From assembly GCF_965641715.1 (NCBI RefSeq), contig NZ_OZ282453.1: DNA of 64,000 nt, one strand, 5' to 3'. Both the position numbers and the translations under genes were made by a program. Positions 1 to 10,253 of this stretch are shown here, piece after piece (positions within the stretch are counted from its first letter, which is position 1; each line of letters starts with the position of its first letter). Under the pieces are notes generated by a model. It searched no databases. It was not told the DNA's origin and saw only the letters and a program-made list of their open reading frames with translations. Origin of the DNA: Escherichia coli. Its GTDB lineage: Bacteria > Pseudomonadota > Gammaproteobacteria > Enterobacterales > Enterobacteriaceae.

Positions 1-270
1 TACGCCTCACCAAAGTTGCGATTACCCGAAGCAATAACGCCGCGCAGCAATGCCCGGTTATGCTCGTCGTTTAAAAAGCGAATTACCTGTCGTGGCACCG
101 CGCCAGCCGTACCGCCGCCGCCGTAAGAGGGCACGATCAGGATGTAAGGCTCGTCTACCTGAATCCGTTCCCGCTCATTGAGCGGGATGCGCACCGCGGG
201 CAGACCTAAACGTTCGATAAAACGCTGCGTGTTTTCGGAGCTGCTGGAGAAGTAGACGAGCTGGCTCATG
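1..270 (-). CDS. nrdI: NrdI ribonucleotide reductase stimulatory flavoprotein, 5' portion only (gene runs off the window start)
   Basis: Reverse-strand translation from the ATG at 270-268 reads [34 protein letters not shown]...; start overlaps nrdH stop (ATGA); absent from the ORF track because it is truncated by the window edge. Confidence 0.85.
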
Positions 271-511
271 CACTGGCCGCGTGTGGCGCTGGATGCAGAC
301 GGTTAATCATGTCCGGACGGAAACCAGACCAGCTAAGATCGCCAGCAATCACTACCGGCAACTGACGAAAGCCCTGAGCACGCAACGCTTCTGCCGCTTC
401 AGGAACGCGATCGACATTAATCATTTCAAAATCAAAGCCCCGGTTTTCCATCGCCCGTTTGGTGGCGTGGCACTGAACGCAATCGTTACGAGTGTAAATA
501 GTAATGCGCAT
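266..511 (-). CDS. nrdH: NrdH glutaredoxin-like protein
   Basis: 81 aa [37 protein letters not shown]... with CVQC redox motif; immediately upstream of nrdI. Confidence 0.95.
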
Positions 512-695
512 GATTCGTATTTCCGTTTAAAATGAAGATACGGCGCGATGATACGCGTCGGGTTGTCTCTCTGTTGATACAGAGATACTAGATGTAGTTG
601 AAAAAAGATTCAACCACACAATATATAGCAAATAGTGGTCGAAATTACCCTGGATATGAGCGTGACGGGGTAGGGGGATTTTTGTGATTCACCAG

Positions 696-728
696 GTAAA
701 AAGAAACCCCGAAGACAGGCTTCGGGGT
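696..728 (-). terminator. Rho-independent terminator downstream of ygaM
   Basis: GC hairpin CCCCGAAG-ACAG-GCTTCGGGG at 707-727 followed on the minus strand by a T-rich run. Confidence 0.6.
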
Positions 729-758
729 CAAAGACGCGTATTTATTATCATTTTTGCA

Positions 759-1088
759 CTACGATTTGCGCATGCTTAACAGTGCACCGATAAAAATACC
801 CACCGCAGCTGCTGTACCCACGCTACACCAGGGTCTTTCACGAACAAAAGAATCCGCGCAGCCAACGGCATCGCGTGCGGCTTGCTGGACGCGAGTACGA
901 CCATGCATTCGCGCCCTGGTTTCTTTCAGCAATGCCTGAGCTTTACTGCGTGCGGCTTCAGCTTCCCCTTTGGCGTCGCTGCCCCAGGACTTCAATACAG
1001 ATTCGAGGCTGTCAGCTAATTGATTGACATCATTCTGGATATCCTGCACGCCATCATCAACGTCGTTGCGGTTCGGTCGGTTAAACAT
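759..1088 (-). CDS. ygaM: YgaM (ElaB/DUF883 family, C-terminal membrane anchor)
   Basis: ORF 759-1100; likely start MFNRPNRNDVDDGVQDIQNDV...; C-terminal hydrophobic tail AAAVGIFIGALL. Confidence 0.85.
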   Translation of the reverse strand: MFNRPNRNDVDDGVQDIQNDVNQLADSLESVLKSWGSDAKGEAEAARSKAQALLKETRARMHGRTRVQQAARDAVGCADSFVRERPWCSVGTAAAVGIFIGALLSMRKS

Positions 1089-1239
1089 ATGATCCCCCAT
1101 TAGAATTCGATGTAATTTTCAGTGTAGACCATAATTTTCTTAACTGAGGTTCATCGCGGCTTTATGGACTTTTCTGAAAGCGTTGTGAATGCGCAATCAG
1201 GTAAGGTAGGCCCGCGGTTGATAATAACGAGGATCAAAT

Positions 1240-1584
1240 ATGTATTTACGACCAGACGAGGTGGCGCGCGTACTTGAAAAAGTCGGTTTTACTGTCGATG
1301 TGGTAACCCAGAAAGCGTATGGTTACCGCCGTGGGGAAAATTATGTCTATGTTAATCGCGAAGCGCGAATGGGACGTACCGCACTGGTAATTCATCCAAC
1401 ATTAAAAGAACGTAGTTCGACACTGGCTGAACCCGCTTCCGATATTAAAACTTGCGATCATTATCAACAATTTCCGCTCTATTTAGCAGGCGAGCGACAC
1501 GAGCATTACGGTATCCCGCATGGCTTTAGTTCGCGTGTTGCACTTGAACGTTATTTGAATGGTTTATTTGGCGAAGCCAGTTAA
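1240..1584 (+). CDS. ygaC: YgaC (DUF2002 family protein)
   Basis: 114 aa [50 protein letters not shown]...; conserved synteny between ygaM and alaE. Confidence 0.85.
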
Positions 1585-1588
1585 AGAC

Positions 1589-1609
1589 GCGACTGGCGAT
1601 GCCAGTCGC
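1589..1609. terminator. Hairpin between convergent ygaC and alaE (probable bidirectional terminator)
   Basis: Inverted repeat GCGACTGGC-GAT-GCCAGTCGC immediately after the ygaC stop. Confidence 0.45.
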
Positions 1610-1620
1610 GAAAAGAAGGG

Positions 1621-2070
1621 TCAGGCTTTTACCTGCTGGTAACGGCTGACTTTAAACAGTCGGCGGCAATAATCGAGGAAGTAGCCATAAACCGCCCCCA
1701 TCAACATCGAAACAACGATGTTTGAACTGACCGCCGCCATAATCTGATGCCAGTCTGCGCCCACCACTAACAAGATCGCCACATACACCGGTGACTGGAA
1801 CGTCACATAAGCCAGGATATCCGCCAGATTTTTTATCCAGCCCGACGGGCTAACTTTGCGTGCCGCGCGCATAAACAGATCACGGTACATACCGTATGGC
1901 CATGCAATTAAGATGTTCACCGGAATCGCTACCAATCTGGAATAAAAAGACTGTTCGAAGCTCATTCCGGAGAGGAAAACTTCAATACACATGTTCACGA
2001 CAGAACAGTAAACAACCATCGCGAACGTATCTGCAACTGCATGACGCAAGCGTGACTGCGGTGAGAACAT
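1621..2070 (-). CDS. alaE: AlaE L-alanine exporter
   Basis: 149 aa hydrophobic [67 protein letters not shown]... Confidence 0.9.
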   Translation of the reverse strand: MFSPQSRLRHAVADTFAMVVYCSVVNMCIEVFLSGMSFEQSFYSRLVAIPVNILIAWPYGMYRDLFMRAARKVSPSGWIKNLADILAYVTFQSPVYVAILLVVGADWHQIMAAVSSNIVVSMLMGAVYGYFLDYCRRLFKVSRYQQVKA

Positions 2071-2738
2071 GCTAATGCTCCTTAATAAAAGCGTAATGGG
2101 ATGTTAATGGAGATGAAAGCAGTGGATCTCATTGCCATCTGCATTTTCGCATAGCGTATATCGCTGGCTATGACTAATCAATTAGTGAAAAATTTTTATT
2201 TGGTCAGTTTTTGTAGATAAAATATTCCGTAACGGCTCGTTTTTTGTACATTGTGGATTTTTACATGCCGATATGATTTATTTTCAATTAAATCAATTAG
2301 ATATGACCTTGCCTTTAATTTCACTAATGAAAGTTTGGGGGTGAGGTAACGCTATAAGCGTAGAGAATTCGGTGTATGTCGTGACCGGGTCATTTACAGC
2401 ATTTTTTATGCCAGAAAATATACATTAACAGCAGAAAGCACCAGTGAGGGGTGTTTTCTTTTTATTCTGTTATATTGCATTTTTATTCACTTCGGTTTTG
2501 TCAGGCTTGCGGAATTAGCGAGCAGAGAGCGCCACTCTGTTCACCAATAACCTAAATTACTCATCAAAATGGCTAATATATAATCTTGAAATTATTCTGA
2601 GAGTTTCAGAAAATAACAGCTGAAATAATCTCGCGCAGGACTGTAAATAGATTAAATTTTGTGGAAATATAATAAGTGATCGCTTACACTACGCGACGAA
2701 ATACTTTTTTGTTTTGGCGTTAAAAGGTTTTCTTTATT

Positions 2739-3143
2739 ATGTCCGTAATGTTACAAAGTTTAAATAACATTCGCACCCTCCGTGCGATGGCTCGCGAATT
2801 CTCCATTGACGTTCTTGAAGAAATGCTCGAAAAATTCAGGGTTGTCACTAAAGAAAGACGTGAAGAAGAAGAACAGCAGCAGCGTGAACTGGCAGAGCGC
2901 CAGGAAAAAATTAGCACCTGGCTGGAGCTGATGAAAGCTGACGGAATTAACCCGGAAGAGTTATTGGGTAATAGCTCTGCTGCTGCACCACGTGCTGGTA
3001 AAAAACGCCAGCCGCGTCCGGCGAAATATAAATTCACCGATGTTAACGGTGAAACTAAAACCTGGACCGGTCAGGGCCGTACACCGAAGCCAATCGCTCA
3101 GGCGCTGGCAGAAGGTAAATCTCTCGACGATTTCCTGATCTAA
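2739..3143 (+). CDS. stpA: StpA, H-NS paralog nucleoid protein / RNA chaperone
   Basis: 134 aa [39 protein letters not shown]...[16 protein letters not shown]; preceded by a long AT-rich leader (2071-2738) typical of H-NS/StpA-regulated promoters. Confidence 0.95.
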   Translation: MSVMLQSLNNIRTLRAMAREFSIDVLEEMLEKFRVVTKERREEEEQQQRELAERQEKISTWLELMKADGINPEELLGNSSAAAPRAGKKRQPRPAKYKFTDVNGETKTWTGQGRTPKPIAQALAEGKSLDDFLI

Positions 3144-3195
3144 TTACTGAGGCCGGATGTTGCTGATATGGCGCGTCCGGCGTCGCTTCTCAAGC

Positions 3196-3714
3196 TCATT
3201 GGTTCCACGGCATCTTATCTAACAACCTTGCCATCCCACAAAAACCGCTAATTCCTGCAAACAGTAACCCGGCACCAACAAAGCCGCTTAATAAGAAGAA
3301 ACCGCTATTTACGGTATAACCCAGTATAACGCCGATTAATATTAAACCACCCGCAGCGATCTGCACCTGGCGCATTAACGGCAAGGGTTGAGATTTATTT
3401 ACCGCTACTGGCAATCCTGCTTTTTTCCAGCCATCAATCCCATCTTCGAGTAAAAAGATTTCTGCGGGGGCGGCAATCGCTGCTAATTTATCGGCGTTAT
3501 TACTGGTGCGTTTACCTGCCTGGCAGTGGAATATAATTTGCTCGTGACGTAATTTAGCCGGAAGACCTGACTGTTCCAGCACGGATAATGGAGCCAGATC
3601 TGCTTCAGGAATATGTTCACGAAGATATTCATCAGCATCACGAATATCGATTAACTTTGCGCCGCGTGCGATTAATTCTTGTGCATCATGCGGCGAAATG
3701 GTTGTCAAAGCCAT
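3196..3714 (-). CDS. ygaP: YgaP membrane-anchored rhodanese (thiosulfate sulfurtransferase)
   Basis: 172 aa ORF with rhodanese active-site region [12 protein letters not shown] and two C-terminal TM helices. Confidence 0.9.
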   Translation of the reverse strand: MALTTISPHDAQELIARGAKLIDIRDADEYLREHIPEADLAPLSVLEQSGLPAKLRHEQIIFHCQAGKRTSNNADKLAAIAAPAEIFLLEDGIDGWKKAGLPVAVNKSQPLPLMRQVQIAAGGLILIGVILGYTVNSGFFLLSGFVGAGLLFAGISGFCGMARLLDKMPWNQ

Positions 3715-3723
3715 AGTGACTCC

Positions 3724-4023
3724 TTACGGACAATAGACATTTTTCAGGGTGGCGATAATGGCATTTACCGCCTCATTTTTAATGGAATATAGAATGCGTT
3801 GGGCATCCCGTTGGCTGTCGATAAGCCCTTCGTCCCGCATACGAGCGAGATGCTGTGATGTCGCAGAGGCACTCAGTCCGGTAATGCGCGTCAGCTCTCC
3901 CGCGCTGGTGCCGGGGGAACCGCTAAGCATGCACAGAATCAGCAATCGTTTAGGGTGGCTCATTGCTTTCAATAAGGCCGCTGCCTGTTCAGCACTGGCC
4001 TGTAATTGCGTGAGTTCGGTCAT
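3724..4023 (-). CDS. ygaV: YgaV ArsR/SmtB-family HTH transcriptional regulator
   Basis: 99 aa ORF MTELTQLQASAEQAAALLKAMSHPKRLLILCMLSGSPGTSAGELTRITGLSASATSQHLARMRDEGLI...; forms an operon with ygaP. Confidence 0.9.
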   Translation of the reverse strand: MTELTQLQASAEQAAALLKAMSHPKRLLILCMLSGSPGTSAGELTRITGLSASATSQHLARMRDEGLIDSQRDAQRILYSIKNEAVNAIIATLKNVYCP

Positions 4024-4205
4024 AGTTATTTAAGTATTTTCTAAATTAAGTAAACTCTAAACTAAAAATGCAACATATACCAGCCTCAGCAGCGTAAATG
4101 AGAGTAAAAGCGTAAGCTGAAACTGGCAGCCTCCGCTAAAATTACTACGCTTAAGAGATAAAATCTCTTTTTAAACAATGAGTAATTTTCTTATAGGGAG
4201 TACAT

Positions 4206-4364
4206 ATGGGTTTCTGGAGAATCGTCATCACCATCATTCTGCCGCCGCTCGGCGTGCTGCTCGGTAAAGGGTTCGGTTGGGCGTTCATTATTAATATTCT
4301 GCTGACACTGCTTGGGTATATCCCCGGTTTGATTCACGCGTTCTGGGTGCAAACCCGCGATTAA
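4206..4364 (+). CDS. yqaE: YqaE small membrane protein (Pmp3/UPF0057 family)
   Basis: 52-codon ORF found by manual translation (below the ORF-track size cut-off): MGFWRIVITIILPPLGVLLGKGFGWAFIINILLTLLGYIPGLIHAFWVQTRD; GGAG RBS upstream. Confidence 0.85.
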   Translation: MGFWRIVITIILPPLGVLLGKGFGWAFIINILLTLLGYIPGLIHAFWVQTRD

Positions 4365-4447
4365 ACCTGTGTTCCCCCCCGCGGCGTTAACGCGCCGCGT
4401 TCCTCTGCTACACTTTCTGAGTGTTTCCGTTAACGAATGAGGTAGCT

Positions 4448-4897
4448 ATGGGTCTGTTCAATTTTGTGAAAGATGCCGGAGAAAAACTCTGGGACGCGGT
4501 TACAGGTCAGCACGATAAAGACGATCAGGCGAAGAAGGTGCAGGAGCATCTGAACAAAACCGGTATACCTGATGCCGATAAAGTGAACATTCAAATTGCC
4601 GACGGCAAAGCGACGGTCACTGGTGACGGCCTGAGTCAGGAGGCGAAGGAGAAAATCCTTGTTGCGGTGGGGAATATTTCCGGTATTGCCAGTGTTGATG
4701 ATCAGGTGAAAACGGCGACACCAGCCACTGCCAGCCAGTTTTATACCGTTAAGTCTGGCGATACTCTGAGTGCCATTTCCAAACAGGTCTACGGTAACGC
4801 CAATCTGTACAATAAAATCTTCGAAGCGAATAAACCGATGCTAAAAAGCCCGGATAAAATTTACCCGGGGCAAGTGTTGCGTATTCCTGAAGAGTAG
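4448..4897 (+). CDS. kbp: Kbp (YgaU) potassium-binding protein with BON and LysM domains
   Basis: ORF 4421-4897; likely start [20 protein letters not shown]...; C-terminal LysM-like [50 protein letters not shown]. Confidence 0.9.
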
Positions 4898-5560
4898 TTA
4901 ATTGCCAGCCATCGCCTGCTGGATAATGGGAATTGGCGTCAGTAAATGCTGGCGCATTAACTCACTGGCGCGCGCGGTATCTCGCGCCAGTACCGCCGCA
5001 GTCAGGGTCTGGTGCTGATCGTGTTTATCCTCCAGCATTTCCACCGAAAGCACCGTTCGCCGCAGCCAGATAAATCGATAACGCGCCGCCAGATCAAACA
5101 ACCGTTCACGCATTTGCAGCAAATAGTGAGAACCACAGCCCGCCACAATTGCAGTATGAAACGCCTGATGACGCAGATCCCACTCATCAAGCATTTTCTC
5201 GCTAGCGTCACAGGCCTCAAGCTTACTCAGCAGATGCGCTTTTGCGAGAACGTCTGCCTCCCACTCATCGTCACCGCGGGCAATCGCCAGACTCACTAAC
5301 ATCGCTTCCATATTGGCGCGGGCGTCGAAAATATCGAGCAGCTCCTGCTCTGACATAGACGCCACCCGATACCCTTTTTGATTCACCACCGTGACCAGCC
5401 GTTCCGCCACCAGTTGCGAAAGAGCTTCCCGTAACGGCCCAACGCCAAGTGCATAACGCGATGTCAGCAAATTCATTCGTAATTTTTCATCCGGTTGAAA
5501 ATTACCGCGAATAATATCGTTCTTCAGCCAGCGATAGCCATCCAGAGACGTAATGGTCAT
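4898..5560 (-). CDS. csiR: CsiR GntR-family repressor of the csiD-lhgO-gabDTP operon
   Basis: ORF 4898-5578; likely start MTITSLDGYRWLKNDIIRGNF...; GntR/FadR-type architecture; directly downstream of gabP. Confidence 0.9.
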   Translation of the reverse strand: MTITSLDGYRWLKNDIIRGNFQPDEKLRMNLLTSRYALGVGPLREALSQLVAERLVTVVNQKGYRVASMSEQELLDIFDARANMEAMLVSLAIARGDDEWEADVLAKAHLLSKLEACDASEKMLDEWDLRHQAFHTAIVAGCGSHYLLQMRERLFDLAARYRFIWLRRTVLSVEMLEDKHDQHQTLTAAVLARDTARASELMRQHLLTPIPIIQQAMAGN

Positions 5561-5580
5561 GGTGTGACTCCTGATCATTA

Positions 5581-6981
5581 TCAGCGCGTATTATGAACGG
5601 GTGTTTTTTGCCACAATACCAGCTTTTTCCAGCGAGCCATAATTGGCACGGTACAGATAATCCCTATCGCTAATAAGCCAGTGGAGATCACTTCTAACTG
5701 TTGCGCCGGGCGGAATAGCATCACCACCAACACAAAGGTAATAAAGCCTATTACCAGCCAGGTGAGCCACGGGTAAAGCCACATGCGCAAGCGAATTTCG
5801 CTTCCTTCTGCTCGCAGAATTTTACGCATCCGCAACTGTGAAACGGCGATGACTAAATAAACCAGCAGGGCGATAGCACCGGAGCTGTCTATCAGGAATT
5901 TAAACACTTTCGCAGGTGCGTAATAGTTCACCACCACCGTTAAAAATGCCGCTCCGGTGGAGAGTAACACCGCCACATACGGGGTTTTACTGCGGTTGAT
6001 TTTGCCCATTACCGCGGGCGCATCACCGCGACGGCTTAAGGAGTAGAGCATCCTTGACGCGGTATACAGCGCCGAGTTCAGACAGCTGGTTACGGAAAGT
6101 AATATCACGCAGTCCATGATTAATTTCGCATGGGGAATATTGAGCAATTCCAGAACCGAGCGATAAGAACCAACGGCTTTCAGCCCCGGCATATTCCACG
6201 GTATTAACGCCACTACGACAAAAATAGAGCACAAATAGAAGATAGAAATACGCCAGATAACCGAGTTGGTAGCGCGGACAATATGTTTTTCCGGCGTGTC
6301 GGATTCCGCGGCGGCAATGGTGACAATTTCTGCGCCCATAAACGAGAACATGGTGATCAACATCGCGCTTAATACCGCGCCGAAGCCGTTGGGCATAAAA
6401 CCGCCGCTATCCCATAATCTTGAGATCCCGCTCACGTCGGCATACGGGTAAAAACCGCTAATTGCCACTGCACCGAGGAAAATAAACGCCAGGATGGCAA
6501 TCACTTTGCATAGCGCCAGCCAGAACTCAAATTCGCCGTAGTTTTTAACGCTTAATAAATTACTGCCGGTTAAAGCGAGAGTAATGACGAGGGAAAATAA
6601 CCAGATGGGAATACCGGGAACCCACGAGTGCAGGATCATGGCGGCGATGTTGGCTTCCAGCGGGATAACCAGTACCCAAAACCACCAGTACAACCAGCCG
6701 ATGGTATAACCCGCCCAGCGACCAATGGCTTTATCGGCATAGGTGGAAAACGAACCGGTATCGGGCGTGGCAACCGCCATTTCCGCCAACATCCGCATAA
6801 TCATAACCACCAGTAATCCGGCGAACAGATAGGCCAGTAATACCGCCGGGCCCGCTTCGGCGATGGCGACGCTGGAACCGACAAACAGACTTGCGCCGAT
6901 AACACCGGCAATAGACAACATGGTGACGTGGCGTGACTTCAGCCCGCCGCCTAACTCATGTGGTTGCGATGATTGCCCCAT
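5581..6981 (-). CDS. gabP: GabP gamma-aminobutyrate permease (APC family)
   Basis: ORF 5581-7044; likely start MGQSSQPHELGGGLKSRHVTMLSIAGVIGASLFVGSS..., 12-TM amino-acid permease. Confidence 0.93.
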   Translation of the reverse strand: MGQSSQPHELGGGLKSRHVTMLSIAGVIGASLFVGSSVAIAEAGPAVLLAYLFAGLLVVMIMRMLAEMAVATPDTGSFSTYADKAIGRWAGYTIGWLYWWFWVLVIPLEANIAAMILHSWVPGIPIWLFSLVITLALTGSNLLSVKNYGEFEFWLALCKVIAILAFIFLGAVAISGFYPYADVSGISRLWDSGGFMPNGFGAVLSAMLITMFSFMGAEIVTIAAAESDTPEKHIVRATNSVIWRISIFYLCSIFVVVALIPWNMPGLKAVGSYRSVLELLNIPHAKLIMDCVILLSVTSCLNSALYTASRMLYSLSRRGDAPAVMGKINRSKTPYVAVLLSTGAAFLTVVVNYYAPAKVFKFLIDSSGAIALLVYLVIAVSQLRMRKILRAEGSEIRLRMWLYPWLTWLVIGFITFVLVVMLFRPAQQLEVISTGLLAIGIICTVPIMARWKKLVLWQKTPVHNTR

Positions 6982-7130
6982 CCTGAATCCTCTCGAAAGT
7001 GTGTCACTTGGGAGAGCGCCCCGACATTTCCCGCGTCGGGTCACGCGTTTAATTGTTATTGATTCTTTTTGCCGGAGAGCGGCTCCGCCTTACCCGGCCA
7101 ACATAGATTTATTCCTGTTCACGTACAGAT

Positions 7131-7480
7131 TGTCGGATGCGGCGTAAACGCCTTATCCGACCTGGATCCCCGTAGGCCGGACAAGACGCAAAGCGTCGCC
7201 TCCGGCATGGATGCGCCGAATGTCGGATGCGGCGTAAACGCCTTATCCGATCTACATTTCCGTAGGCCGGACAAGACGCGTAAGCGTCGCCTCCGGCATG
7301 GTGCGCCGAATGTCGGATGCGGCGTAAACGCCTTATCCGACCTGAATCCCCGTAGGCCGGACAAGACGCGTAAGCGTCGCCTCCGGCATGGTGCGCCGAT
7401 TGTCGGATGCGGCGTTAACGCCTTATCCGACCTACACTCTCGTAGGCCGGACAAGACGCGCAGCGTCGCCTCCGGCATGG
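7131..7480. repeat. REP/BIME array: four tandem pairs of repetitive extragenic palindromes in alternating orientation
   Basis: Units TGTCGGATGCGGCGTAAACGCCTTATCCGACC and CGTAGGCCGGACAAGACGC...AGCGTCGCCTCCGGCATGG each recur four times with about 95-nt periodicity between gabP and gabT. Confidence 0.9.
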
Positions 7481-7488
7481 GGGCGGTG

Positions 7489-8769
7489 CTACTGCTTCGC
7501 CTCAGCAAAACACTGGCCGATGATCTCCAGACCCTGACGAATCTGAGCATCTTCAATTGTGAGCGGTACAAGGATGCGCAGCACGTTGTAATACGGGCCG
7601 CAGGAGAGAAGAATCAGGCCCTTATCGCGGGCGCGCGCCACGATCTCGGCGGTGAGTTTGGCGTTCGGTTTACTGTGATCGCCGTCTTCAAACAGCTCGA
7701 TGGCGATCATCGCCCCCAGCCCGCGTACGTCGCCGATCTCGGTGTGTTTTTCGGCGATCGCCAGCAATCCGTCTTTCAACTTCTGCCCCAGATCGTTGGC
7801 TTTTTGCAGCAGATTTTCCTGCTCAAACACCTTCAACACTTCCAGCGCAGCCACGCAGGCAATCGGGTTACCCGCATAGGTGCCGCCCAGCCCGCCTGGA
7901 GCGACGGCATCCATCACTTCGGCGCGCCCGGTGACGCCCGCCAGCGGGAAACCGCCTGCGATCGATTTCGCAAAGGTGGTGAGATCCGGTGCCACGCCCA
8001 TTTGCTCCATCGCAAACAGCGTGCCGGTACGCCCCGCGCCGCTCTGCACTTCATCGGCAATCAGCATGATCCCGTGCTCGTCACACAGCGCGCGTAAACG
8101 CTGCATAAACGCAGGCGTCGCGGCGTAGAAACCGCCTTCGCCCTGAACCGGCTCAATCACGATGGCGGCGATATCTTCCGGCGCGGCGTCATTTTTGAAG
8201 ATCCGGTGGATGCTGGCGATAGCGTCATCTTCACTGATGCCGTGCAGCGGGCAAGGATAAAGCGCGCGATAAACGTGCCCTGGCATCAGGCCCATGCCCG
8301 CAGAGTACGGATTCACCTTGCCGGTCAGCGCCAGCGTGTAGTGCGTGCGCCCGTGATACGCGCCGCTAAAAGCGATGGTGCCGCTACGTTTGGTGGCAGC
8401 GCGGGCGATTTTCACCGCGTTTTCCACCGCTTCGGAACCCGTGGTGACCAGCAGCGTTTTCTTGGCAAAATCGCCCGGCACCTTCTGATTCATAATCTCG
8501 CACAGCTCCAGATACGGCTCGTAAGCCAGCACTTGGAAGCAGGTGTGCGACAATTTTTTCAACTGCGCTTCCACCGCCGCAACCACTTTCGGATGCAGGT
8601 GCCCGGTATTGAGCACCGCAATGCCGCCCGCGAAATCAAGATACTCACGGCCTTCAACGTCCCACACCCGGCAGTTTTCCGCGCGATCAGCGAAAATGGG
8701 GTGAATTTGCCCAACGCCACGAGGAACTGCCTGACTGCGGCGCTGCATTAACTCTTTATTGCTGCTCAT
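7489..8769 (-). CDS. gabT: GabT 4-aminobutyrate aminotransferase (PLP-dependent)
   Basis: 426 aa ORF MSSNKELMQRRSQAVPRGVGQIHPIFADRAENCRVWDVEGREYLDFAGGIAVLNTGHLHPKVVAAVEAQL... Confidence 0.97.
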   Translation of the reverse strand: MSSNKELMQRRSQAVPRGVGQIHPIFADRAENCRVWDVEGREYLDFAGGIAVLNTGHLHPKVVAAVEAQLKKLSHTCFQVLAYEPYLELCEIMNQKVPGDFAKKTLLVTTGSEAVENAVKIARAATKRSGTIAFSGAYHGRTHYTLALTGKVNPYSAGMGLMPGHVYRALYPCPLHGISEDDAIASIHRIFKNDAAPEDIAAIVIEPVQGEGGFYAATPAFMQRLRALCDEHGIMLIADEVQSGAGRTGTLFAMEQMGVAPDLTTFAKSIAGGFPLAGVTGRAEVMDAVAPGGLGGTYAGNPIACVAALEVLKVFEQENLLQKANDLGQKLKDGLLAIAEKHTEIGDVRGLGAMIAIELFEDGDHSKPNAKLTAEIVARARDKGLILLSCGPYYNVLRILVPLTIEDAQIRQGLEIIGQCFAEAKQ

Positions 8770-8782
8770 TCGCGTTCTCCAG

Positions 8783-10231
8783 TTAAAGACCGATGCACAT
8801 ATATTTGATTTCTAAGTAATCTTCGATGCCATACTTCGAACCTTCACGACCCAGACCCGAGGCTTTAATGCCGCCGAACGGGGCCACTTCATTGGAAATA
8901 ATCCCGGTATTGATGCCGACGATGCCGTACTCCAGCGCCTCGCCCACGCGGAAGACGCGACTTAAATCACGGGCGTAGAAATAGGCGGCAAGGCCAAACT
9001 CGGTGTCATTGGCCTGCGCGATCACATCGGCTTCATCTTTAAAACGGAACAGCGGGGCGAGGGGGCCGAACGTCTCTTCTTTCGACACTTTGGCGTTGGC
9101 TGGAACGTCCACCAGAATGGTCGGCTGGAAGAAGTTACCGCCGCGTTCGTGTGCTTTACCACCGCAAACTACGCGCGCGCCTTTTTCCAGCGCATCGGCA
9201 ATATGCTCTTCCACTTTTGCTACCGCTTTTTCATCGATCAGCGGCCCGATGGTGACGCCTTTATCCAGCCCGTCGCCGATATGCAGTTTGCTCACCGCCT
9301 GCTGCAATTTTTCGGCAAAGCGGTCATACACGCCGTCCTGCACGTATAAACGGTTGGCGCAGACGCAGGTTTGCCCGGCGTTGCGGAATTTCGAGGCCAG
9401 TGCGCCTTCCACGGCTTTATCGAGATCGGCATCGTCAAAGACGATAAACGGCGCGTTGCCGCCCAGCTCCAGCGACACTTTTTTGATGTCTTTCGCGCAC
9501 TGTTCCATTAACTGGCGGCCAATTTCGGTCGAACCGGTAAACGACAGTTTGCGTACCAGCGGGTTGCTGGTCAGTTCGTCACCCACCGCGCCCGCCGAAC
9601 CGGTGACCACGTTAAACACGCCAGCCGGAATGCCCGCGCGGATCGCCAGCTCCGCCAGCGCCAGCGCAGAGAACGGCGTCTGACTGGCGGGCTTCAGTAC
9701 CATGGTGCAGCCTGCCGCCAGCGCCGGGCCGGCTTTACGGGTAATCATCGCCGCCGGGAAGTTCCACGGCGTGATAGCCGCGGTAACGCCAATCGGCTGC
9801 TTGATCACAATCAGGCGCTTATCGGCCTGATGACCGGGAATGGTGTCGCCATAAATGCGTTTGCCTTCTTCGGCAAACCACTCAATAAAAGAGGCGGCGT
9901 AGCTGATTTCGCCTTTGGCTTCAGCCAGCGGTTTACCCTGTTCGAGGGTCATCAGGCGCGCTAAATCGTCCTGATGCTCCATCATCAAATTGAACCAGTT
10001 GCGCAGAATGTTGGCGCGTTCTTTGGCGGTGAGCGCGCGCCATGCGGGCAGGGCGCGGTTGGCGGCGTCGATAGCGGCGCGGGTTTCATCTGCGCCCATT
10101 TTCGGCACGCTACCCAGCTTGTCGCCGTTCGCCGGATTGGTGACGTCGATGACTTCACCATTGTTGGCGTCCAGCCATTCCCCGTTAATCAACGCCTGTT
10201 GGCGGAATAAGTTGCTGTCGTTCAGTTTCAT
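8783..10231 (-). CDS. gabD: GabD NADP-dependent succinate-semialdehyde dehydrogenase
   Basis: 482 aa ORF MKLNDSNLFRQQALINGEWLDANNGEVIDVTNPANGDKLG... with aldehyde-dehydrogenase catalytic region. Confidence 0.97.
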   Translation of the reverse strand: MKLNDSNLFRQQALINGEWLDANNGEVIDVTNPANGDKLGSVPKMGADETRAAIDAANRALPAWRALTAKERANILRNWFNLMMEHQDDLARLMTLEQGKPLAEAKGEISYAASFIEWFAEEGKRIYGDTIPGHQADKRLIVIKQPIGVTAAITPWNFPAAMITRKAGPALAAGCTMVLKPASQTPFSALALAELAIRAGIPAGVFNVVTGSAGAVGDELTSNPLVRKLSFTGSTEIGRQLMEQCAKDIKKVSLELGGNAPFIVFDDADLDKAVEGALASKFRNAGQTCVCANRLYVQDGVYDRFAEKLQQAVSKLHIGDGLDKGVTIGPLIDEKAVAKVEEHIADALEKGARVVCGGKAHERGGNFFQPTILVDVPANAKVSKEETFGPLAPLFRFKDEADVIAQANDTEFGLAAYFYARDLSRVFRVGEALEYGIVGINTGIISNEVAPFGGIKASGLGREGSKYGIEDYLEIKYMCIGL

Positions 10232-10253
10232 CGCTACATCCTGTTTTCAAAGG

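Noticed and set aside
2071-2738. Long AT-rich intergenic region upstream of stpA considered as a possible sRNA or mobile element remnant
   Set aside because: No terminator-bounded stable hairpin or ORF; it is most simply the known long H-NS/StpA-regulated stpA promoter region.
7131-7480. Possible CRISPR array (regularly spaced repeats)
   Set aside because: Repeats are imperfect palindromic REP units in alternating orientation with near-identical filler rather than unique spacers, and no cas genes are nearby.
7069-8097. 342-aa plus-strand ORF with internally repeated peptide motifs
   Set aside because: It translates the REP/BIME array and then runs antisense through gabT; the repeated motifs are the palindromic DNA repeats, not a protein.
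9003-9683. 226-aa ORF antisense to gabD
   Set aside because: Lies entirely within and opposite to the strongly supported gabD; composition is typical of antisense frames in GC-rich genes.
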